Below the pieces are notes generated by a model. It was not told the origin of the DNA. It worked only from the letters and a program-made list of their open reading frames with translations, and searched no databases. DNA of 64,000 nucleotides from a bacterium (GTDB taxonomy: Bacteria > Patescibacteriota > Minisyncoccia > UBA6257 > JAGOQP01): NCBI GenBank assembly GCA_021812345.1, contig JAKANP010000001.1:54979-118978 (forward strand), given 5' to 3'. Every line of letters begins with the position of its first letter. Position 1 is the stretch's first letter. Below are positions 54,921 through 61,626 of this stretch, in pieces. The translations under genes and the position numbers were made by a program.

Positions 54921-55061
54921 CGAGTCCTCCCTGTCTCTCGCCCTAAATTGTCAATGAGCGAAAGTGTTCTGCCAAAATATTATCACGATATATTTTGAAT
55001 AACAATACTCAAATAATCCTCAATTATTCTATATTTAAAGGATAGATAATAAGGATAAAAT

Positions 55062-55089
55062 AATAAAAATCAGCTGCTTTTGGCAGCTG
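55062..55089 (-). terminator. Rho-independent terminator downstream of the Cys-rich small gene
   Basis: cagctgc ttttg gcagctg hairpin followed, on the minus strand, by a T-run. Confidence 0.45.
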
Positions 55090-55101
55090 AAAAATGTTTT
55101 T

Positions 55102-55362
55102 TTACTTTTCTTCAAAAATAAATTTAGGACAGCGGGTAACCGCCAAAGCGACATTGGTAATTTGGCAAATCTTATAAAAAGCTCCGGCAATTGGACAATT
55201 TTCATTGTCCGGACGATGAAAATTAAGATTGGCGCAATTGTAACAAAGACATTCCGTGCGCCTTAATTCATCCATCTTTTTGTTCACAAAAACATAAGAT
55301 CCGTAATGATTTTTCAAAACTGCCGGCGCTTCCATGCCGCCATACTTCTTTCCTTCAGCCAT
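55102..55362 (-). CDS. small Cys-rich protein (86 aa; C-x-C-x2-C ... C-P ... C ... C-P)
   Basis: ECLCYNC...NCPIAGAFYKICQ...TRCP. Probable metal-binding mini-protein. GC elevated. Confidence 0.4.
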   Translation of the reverse strand: MAEGKKYGGMEAPAVLKNHYGSYVFVNKKMDELRRTECLCYNCANLNFHRPDNENCPIAGAFYKICQITNVALAVTRCPKFIFEEK

Positions 55363-55478
55363 GCGCTCCCCTTTCTTTTTTGTTGTTTTACTGCTGAAAA
55401 AATTATAAATAATTGCAAGTGGTAAATCAATGGCAACCGTTGAAAAACAACGTCTTTTATTATATATTTTACAAGTAT

Positions 55479-55549
55479 TGCGGGATCGTCTAATGGTAGG
55501 ACACGTGCCTCTGGAGCACGGTATCTTGGTTCGAATCCAGGTCCCGCAG
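55479..55549 (+). tRNA. tRNA-Gln (anticodon CUG)
   Basis: UGCGGGA acceptor pairs with UCCCGCA. Same D-arm as the UUG isoacceptor. Anticodon arm CGUGC-CUCUGGA-GCACG. T-arm with UUCGAAU. Discriminator G. Confidence 0.85.
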
Positions 55550-55551
55550 CA

Positions 55552-56520
55552 ATGATTATCGACGATGTTATTATAAAAATAAAAGCCGGCAACGGAGGAA
55601 AAGGCGCTGTTGCTTTTAATAAAAATCTGATGTCTTTGGGGCCGGCTGGTGGCAGTGGAGGGAGAGGCGGAAATGTTTATGTTAAAATTATTCCCGAAAT
55701 TGACGCCTTAAATCAATTCAGAAATAAAAAAGAAATTATTGCCAAAGATGGAGAAAATGGCGGAAGACAATTCAGAGATGGAAAAGACGGGGAAGATTTG
55801 ATAATAAAAATTCCACAAGGATCGGTCATCCATAATTTATCCAACGGATTAAAAATTGAACCTAAAGAAATAGGAGAAATAATTCTTTTGGCAAAAGGCG
55901 GAAACGGAGGAAAAGGAAATTTTCATTTTCGTTCTCCAAGAAATACATCTCCAAAAAATTTTCAAACAGGACTTCCCGGAGAAAGATTTGAAATTCGCTT
56001 TGAGTTAAAGCTTATCGCCGATATTGGTTTAATCGGCCTTCCTAATGCTGGAAAGTCCAGTTTTTTGAATGCCATAACCAGCGCTAAGAGTAAAATCGGA
56101 AATTATCCTTTTACTACATTGGAACCTAATTTGGGCTCTTACTATGAATTAATTCTGGCCGATATACCCGGGTTAATAGAGGGGTCATCTGTTGGAAAAG
56201 GTCTGGGAATAAAATTTTTGCGCCACATTGAAAGGACTAAAATCCTGTTTCATTTAATCAGTTGCGAATCGGATGATATAAAAAACGACTATCAGATTGT
56301 CAGAAATGAACTTAAAAATTACAACAAAGAATTGTTGAAAAAACCGGAATATATTTTCTTGACCAAAATTGACTTGATCGAAAAAGATGAAGTTGAAGAA
56401 AAAATGAAAATTATTAAAAAAATATCTTCAAAATCGAATGCGATATCAATTTACGACGACACCAGTTTGGATAAAATAAAAAAAATATTAAATGAAATCA
56501 AAGATAAATCGGGTAATTAA
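55552..56520 (+). CDS. obg: GTPase Obg/CgtA
   Basis: Glycine-rich Obg fold N-terminus (GNGGKGAVAF...GGSGGRGGNV). G-domain GLIGLPNAGKSS, DIPG. Confidence 0.9.
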   Translation: MIIDDVIIKIKAGNGGKGAVAFNKNLMSLGPAGGSGGRGGNVYVKIIPEIDALNQFRNKKEIIAKDGENGGRQFRDGKDGEDLIIKIPQGSVIHNLSNGLKIEPKEIGEIILLAKGGNGGKGNFHFRSPRNTSPKNFQTGLPGERFEIRFELKLIADIGLIGLPNAGKSSFLNAITSAKSKIGNYPFTTLEPNLGSYYELILADIPGLIEGSSVGKGLGIKFLRHIERTKILFHLISCESDDIKNDYQIVRNELKNYNKELLKKPEYIFLTKIDLIEKDEVEEKMKIIKKISSKSNAISIYDDTSLDKIKKILNEIKDKSGN

Positions 56521-57260
56521 TTTCTTATATCTCTTTGATTCTTTGCTTTCCTAAATGGCCTGCCTTTGATTGTTATCCATAAATAATCAAAACTTGCTCT
56601 TACTCCGGTCATTACCACGCCTTCCGCTTTTAATCTTCTTCCGGACGTGTATATGGGTAATTTTGATGTAAATTTAACTTTTCCAACTCTGCTTATTCTT
56701 TTGGCAATGTCTATATCTTCTCCAAAAAAGGTTAGGTCCATATTGTAGCCGTTTACTTTTTTTAGGGCATCTTTGCGGATAATAAAATTGCCTCCTTGTA
56801 AGACAGCTCCATTTTTAAAAACTCTCTGATTTAAAAAATTGCTTAAGGACCCGAAATAAAAAAAGGTTTTAATAAGAGCATTGGATATTTTCGATAAATC
56901 ATAATAAATAAAAGGGCCGCTTAACGCCACCAAATCATTATCTTTTTGAAATTCTTCAAAAACTTTGGAAATCCAATTTTCCGTCAAAACTGTATCGGCG
57001 TCTATATTGGCAATCAAATCCCCTTTTGATGCCAAAAAACCGGCCTGTCTTGCCTGAACCAGTCCTTTTTTGGGTTCATCAACTACTATTACTTCCTCAA
57101 ACATCTGCGCCACTCTTTTAGTATTGTCGGTGCTGGCATTATTGACCACAATAATTTCTGTTTCATGTCCGCATCTTTTGGAAGCATCCACAACTGAAGT
57201 CAAACATTTGTCCAAATAAGATTCTTCATTATGAGCCGGAATAACAAAAGTTAATTTCAT
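56517..57260 (-). CDS. GT2 family glycosyltransferase
   Basis: LTFVIPAHNEE...IIVVNNASTDNT...DAD are GT-A signatures. Confidence 0.8.
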   Translation of the reverse strand: MKLTFVIPAHNEESYLDKCLTSVVDASKRCGHETEIIVVNNASTDNTKRVAQMFEEVIVVDEPKKGLVQARQAGFLASKGDLIANIDADTVLTENWISKVFEEFQKDNDLVALSGPFIYYDLSKISNALIKTFFYFGSLSNFLNQRVFKNGAVLQGGNFIIRKDALKKVNGYNMDLTFFGEDIDIAKRISRVGKVKFTSKLPIYTSGRRLKAEGVVMTGVRASFDYLWITIKGRPFRKAKNQRDIRN

Positions 57261-57261
57261 A

Positions 57262-57954
57262 TTAATCTTTTACTTTTAATGAATGCATTTTTATTATCTG
57301 ATAGATCACTTTAAAAGGAGATGAAATTTTCAGTATTTGAATTGTCATTTTAATTTCTTCGATAAATCCCCTTAATTTTCCCACCTTCCATGATTTCCAT
57401 GGACTTAAAACATTATTCCATTCAACTATTTTTATTTTAAGATTATTTTTGATAATAATATTATTCATAAATGTTTCAAGTCCGTAAGATGGAAGATTTT
57501 CTATTTCACTCAGTTTATCCGATATCATTTTTTTATAAAAAACCCTTTCTCCCGAAATAAAATCGAGTCCTATTTTTCGATACCAAATTGGAGCATTTTT
57601 CCTTAAACTTATGGAAATATCAGCTTTTTTATCAATTACCGGCTCGATTAAATCGGAAATGTTTTCTTTGGTAATTCCTATAAGATCCGCGTCCAAGAAA
57701 AATAAAATGTCGTTTTTTGATGCTTTGACGCCTACTACTATTGTTTTGCTTTTACCCAAATTTTTTTCATTTTTTATAAACGTTATGTCTTTATATTTTT
57801 TAACAACTTCGGACGTATTGTCCTTTGAGGCATCGTCAATAACCACCAACTCGTCAATAAGCGGATGCTGATAAACCGATTCAAGAACATTTTCAATTCT
57901 TTTTTCTTCGTTATAAGCGGGAATGATGCAAGAAACTTTTGGCATATTAATCAA
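57262..57954 (-). CDS. GT2 family glycosyltransferase (polyprenol-phosphate sugar synthase-like)
   Basis: VSCIIPAYNEEKRI...VVIDDASKDNT...LDAD. Confidence 0.8.
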   Translation of the reverse strand: MINMPKVSCIIPAYNEEKRIENVLESVYQHPLIDELVVIDDASKDNTSEVVKKYKDITFIKNEKNLGKSKTIVVGVKASKNDILFFLDADLIGITKENISDLIEPVIDKKADISISLRKNAPIWYRKIGLDFISGERVFYKKMISDKLSEIENLPSYGLETFMNNIIIKNNLKIKIVEWNNVLSPWKSWKVGKLRGFIEEIKMTIQILKISSPFKVIYQIIKMHSLKVKD

Positions 57955-58540
57955 TATTAATTTTATCTTTATTTTTCTTTATATAAAAATAAATAGCAAC
58001 AACGGAAACAATTATAATCAACATTAGCACACTAAAATATCCGAAATATTTGTCTATTTTATTATAAGCCGAACCAAAATAATATCCGATTATCAAGAAA
58101 ATAAACGTTTTGGGAATCGATCCGACAACATTATACAAAATGAATTTATTGATTTTTATCTTAGCCATTCCGGCGGCAATCAATATTGGGGCCCCAACGG
58201 AATGAGTCAATTTGCCGAATAAAAGAGTTTTTCCCGAATGTTCCTTGAAGTGGCCCTCTATTTTTTCTATATTATTTAATTTTATTCCTAAAAATTTACC
58301 TTTCTTGACAATTTTTTGACCGCCCCATCGGCCGATTAAATAATAAATAACGTCTCCGGTTATATCACCAAGAAAAGCGACCGCATAAACCACAAAAAAA
58401 TTGAAATATCCCAAAGAAGATAAAAATCCGGCGATTATGGTAACTATGGGCCCTTCGGCAACCATTATCGGAAAAAGAATGAAATATCCGTAATTTATTA
58501 ACAATGTTGAAATTTCGTTGGGAGTTATGGCGTTAAACAT
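57947..58540 (-). CDS. DedA/VTT-domain membrane protein
   Basis: DedA signature region FIPGVRTF-like, with GYFNFFVVYAVAFLGDITGDVIYYLIGRWGG and re-entrant helices. Overlaps the upstream GT2 gene by 8 nt, so it sits in the same operon. Confidence 0.78.
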   Translation of the reverse strand: MFNAITPNEISTLLINYGYFILFPIMVAEGPIVTIIAGFLSSLGYFNFFVVYAVAFLGDITGDVIYYLIGRWGGQKIVKKGKFLGIKLNNIEKIEGHFKEHSGKTLLFGKLTHSVGAPILIAAGMAKIKINKFILYNVVGSIPKTFIFLIIGYYFGSAYNKIDKYFGYFSVLMLIIIVSVVAIYFYIKKNKDKINID

Positions 58541-58676
58541 GGATATATTCAGTATATATTATTCAATCATTTTTACAATAATTTCTACGAGGTTGACTAA
58601 AACAAAAATAATGATTAGGATAAAAACGCTAATTGATCATTGAAAAGGTCGTTTAGATTAAGAAGTATAGCCAAAA

Positions 58677-59300
58677 ATGAAAAGAATCGCTTTTGGTGCG
58701 GTTATTTTTATTGTTTTGATATTTTCCATTATTGGCGTTCAAACCGCTAAAGCGGCTGAAGTTACGGTTAATTATACAACTTCCGGGTCAAAATTGAGCC
58801 AGCAAGATGCCGTTGTTTTAAAACAGGCACTTGACGTTCTCAAGCAAGCCCTCGATACTTTGGGAGAATTTATCACTGTCGCTCCCAAACCGATAAAAAA
58901 TGCTTCGTCTATAAATTTAACTTTGGATAATTTAAGGTCCAATCTTCAGGGAATAAATACCACGCTTATCGCCTATCAAACGAGTTCGGGCAATAATGTG
59001 GCGGTAAATCCAAACACTAATAATTCGATCAATAATGAAAATTCCGCTCAATCGGAAAATAATCTTTCCCCACAAGAAGTAAACCAGCAAGTGACAAATC
59101 AATTGGCTCAAGCGCAATCATCGTTTGATTTGAAATCTTTGACATGGCCAGCAGTAGCAGTCCTAGCGGTAATTGTTGTAGCGGCGCTCGCGATAGTTTT
59201 AAGAAGAAGGATGGTTAAAGCCAAAATTACAAACGTAAAGAAAAATATTCAGGATTTAAAGGAAAAAAATACTCCGATTAGTCAGCCTAAACAGGTATAG
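58677..59300 (+). CDS. hypothetical secreted protein with signal peptide, low-complexity N/Q/S region and C-terminal TM anchor
   Basis: MKRIAFGAVIFIVLIFSIIGVQTAKA signal-like segment. C-terminal AVAVLAVIVVAALAIVLRRR stop-transfer. Confidence 0.45.
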   Translation: MKRIAFGAVIFIVLIFSIIGVQTAKAAEVTVNYTTSGSKLSQQDAVVLKQALDVLKQALDTLGEFITVAPKPIKNASSINLTLDNLRSNLQGINTTLIAYQTSSGNNVAVNPNTNNSINNENSAQSENNLSPQEVNQQVTNQLAQAQSSFDLKSLTWPAVAVLAVIVVAALAIVLRRRMVKAKITNVKKNIQDLKEKNTPISQPKQV

Positions 59301-59347
59301 ATGACTACCAACAAAAACTGCCTTAAAAATAAACGGGCGGTTTTTGT

Positions 59348-60049
59348 TTAGTTTGTAAATTTGAAAGTTTTTAATATGTCTTGAGTCTTATCAAAATAAC
59401 CATTTAAAACAGAATCGGGAATATCACTCGGATTTGGTTCTTCTCTGTAACTACTGCCCGTCTCCAGTCGTTCAACCGCGAAACAAATATTATTATGCAC
59501 AATTCTATAGCTGAATCCTTTTAAATATTGCATCATCCCGGCATCTTCTACTTGAAATTTTTTAAAGATTTCTCCGTTTATGTTTTCATTGGTTGACGTA
59601 ACATTCAAATAAGACGGCGGATTTAAACAATTTTTTATATCTTCCAAGTCCTTACTGGCTCCGATTCTTATCTCGGCATCATAATAAAGAGGATAACTTT
59701 TGTAAGCGCCATTGCCGCTGTCTATTCTATAAACCGGAATACTTATTATAGGAATTCCTTTGGAGTTGTCTGTAAATATTTCAGCATTCCATTTGTCGGA
59801 TAAGTGATAAAATGTTTTGAATTTGAATTCCGGAATTAAATAATTCGGATAACTTATTTCAAATCCATAGTCGGTATTTTTATAAGTTGATAAATCAACT
59901 TGAGAAAGATCCCATTTTGTATTAAGTGATTTATTATTTGGACTTTTTAATAGAAAATAAAGAGATATAAATAAAAACAGGAGTAAAATAAACAATCCTC
60001 CGAATAAAATTCTTTTATTTTTATTTGTCATATTTTGAAATTTTATCAT
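59348..60049 (-). CDS. hypothetical N-terminally anchored exported protein
   Basis: N-terminal TM (ILFGGLFILLLFLFISLYFLL) followed by a hydrophilic Tyr/Asn-rich domain. Confidence 0.45.
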   Translation of the reverse strand: MIKFQNMTNKNKRILFGGLFILLLFLFISLYFLLKSPNNKSLNTKWDLSQVDLSTYKNTDYGFEISYPNYLIPEFKFKTFYHLSDKWNAEIFTDNSKGIPIISIPVYRIDSGNGAYKSYPLYYDAEIRIGASKDLEDIKNCLNPPSYLNVTSTNENINGEIFKKFQVEDAGMMQYLKGFSYRIVHNNICFAVERLETGSSYREEPNPSDIPDSVLNGYFDKTQDILKTFKFTN

Positions 60050-60072
60050 TTATGTTTTAATATTCAATAATA

Positions 60073-60366
60073 ATGAAAATTATTGTAGAAACAAAACGTT
60101 CGGAATTGGACGCAATGAGGAGAGCCGGATACGGTTTTTTAAAGCAGGACGCGCAATCAGGAGAATTCTCATTCACTAAAAGAGCCGGCGGAAGCGACTA
60201 CCCACGATTTCATGCTTATGTAAAAAAAGAAAAGGGGGTGCTTATTATCAATTTGCATCTTGATCAAAAACGCCCAAGTTATTCGGGAAGTCACGCCCAC
60301 AATGCCGAATATGACGGAGAAATGATTGAAAACGAAATGGAAATAATAAAAAAAACCGCCATTTAA
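60073..60366 (+). CDS. hypothetical protein (97 aa)
   Basis: ORF with a conserved-looking GSDYPRFHAY...GSHAHNAEYDG segment. No confident family assignment. Confidence 0.35.
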   Translation: MKIIVETKRSELDAMRRAGYGFLKQDAQSGEFSFTKRAGGSDYPRFHAYVKKEKGVLIINLHLDQKRPSYSGSHAHNAEYDGEMIENEMEIIKKTAI

Positions 60367-60393
60367 ATGGCGATTTTTTGAATAAACAACTAT

Positions 60394-61521
60394 TTAAAAA
60401 GCTTCTTTTAATATTCCGGCAACAATCAAAAATACCAGAATAATAATAAGAATTAATCCGAATAAGCTATTTTGATTTAAATATCCAACTGAACCTATAA
60501 CCGATGCGCCAAGTCCATAGCTATAGCTTGAGGGCACAACCGTCTGCATTCCATAATATGGAGCATAGTATTGATTTCCCCAATAAGCGGCATTTGAAAA
60601 ATTTGACGTGTTCGCATTTTGATTATTTATATTTTGATTTTGAGGATTATATTGATTTCCATTGGCATCAATATAAATAATCTTTGGAGTTTCGTATACA
60701 TATTGAATTTGAGAATTACTACCGTTGTTATTTGAGTTATCGGGAACATAATTATATGAAACAGGATTAGTGTAGTTATAAGTAGGAGTGTAAGTGAGCG
60801 AATTTCCGTAAGTGGTAAACATTAAAGTTTGGCCGTAAGAAATGTAAGAGGTCCCATCGCTGGAGCTAATCCCCGCTCTAAAATAATATGTAGTGTTAGG
60901 ATTTAAATTATTAAGTTGATAAGTGAAATATGGCGATGAATTTGAATTTCTATAATAAGAAGCCGCGGGGACTACTGCCGGAATTGTCTTGTTGATTAAA
61001 TAATTTGGGTCAGTGCCGTATTCAAACCAAGTTGATCCCTGGTAAGTTTCGGAAACCGAAGCAAATGAATTTAATGTAGCGTAATTTGAAGAAATATTTG
61101 TTGCCGCATTGGTAGTGATTGATAAATTATAAACATTATAATTTCCGTTTCCGTTGGTACTGAAACTCATTATACTCCCCTGTGTTGAACCATAAGCATT
61201 GTAAGCGTCAATTCTATAATAATAAGTAACGTTATTGTTTATTCCGGAAATCTGATAAGCGACGTTTGAATACGAATAGCTTGAGCCTATGATTTGAGAA
61301 GGAGTTGTTTGTCCTAAAGAGGTTGTCTGGCCGTATTCAAAATAATAAGTTGTCTGATAACCGTTTGGATTTACTTGACCGCTTAAAGTTGCATAGTTAT
61401 TTCCAATACTCGTTGCCGATCCGGTTGAAACATAAGGAAGATTATAAGATTGGGAAAAAACTGCCGTTGCCCCCAAGACAAGAGAAGCTATTATTAAGAT
61501 AATAAATATTGTTTTTTTCAT
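60394..61521 (-). CDS. cell-surface protein with FN3-like T/Y-rich repeats and C-terminal TM anchor
   Basis: Signal peptide. Repeated TYYFEYG / TYYYRIDAYN / TYYFRAGIS beta-sandwich-like motifs. C-terminal LFGLILIIILVFLIVAGIL anchor. Confidence 0.5.
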   Translation of the reverse strand: MKKTIFIILIIASLVLGATAVFSQSYNLPYVSTGSATSIGNNYATLSGQVNPNGYQTTYYFEYGQTTSLGQTTPSQIIGSSYSYSNVAYQISGINNNVTYYYRIDAYNAYGSTQGSIMSFSTNGNGNYNVYNLSITTNAATNISSNYATLNSFASVSETYQGSTWFEYGTDPNYLINKTIPAVVPAASYYRNSNSSPYFTYQLNNLNPNTTYYFRAGISSSDGTSYISYGQTLMFTTYGNSLTYTPTYNYTNPVSYNYVPDNSNNNGSNSQIQYVYETPKIIYIDANGNQYNPQNQNINNQNANTSNFSNAAYWGNQYYAPYYGMQTVVPSSYSYGLGASVIGSVGYLNQNSLFGLILIIILVFLIVAGILKEAF

Positions 61522-61626
61522 TTGACAAGATTATACGCTAAAATATTTATTTGTCCATATTTGTCAAGTTATCAAAAACCGCTTATAAAACAGCGGTTTT
61601 TGACAATTTATTTAAAAAAATTATTT

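Noticed and set aside
55314-55592. 92-aa minus-strand ORF overlapping tRNA-Gln(CUG) and the obg start
   Set aside because: It is antisense to a tRNA and to the obg 5' end. Spurious.
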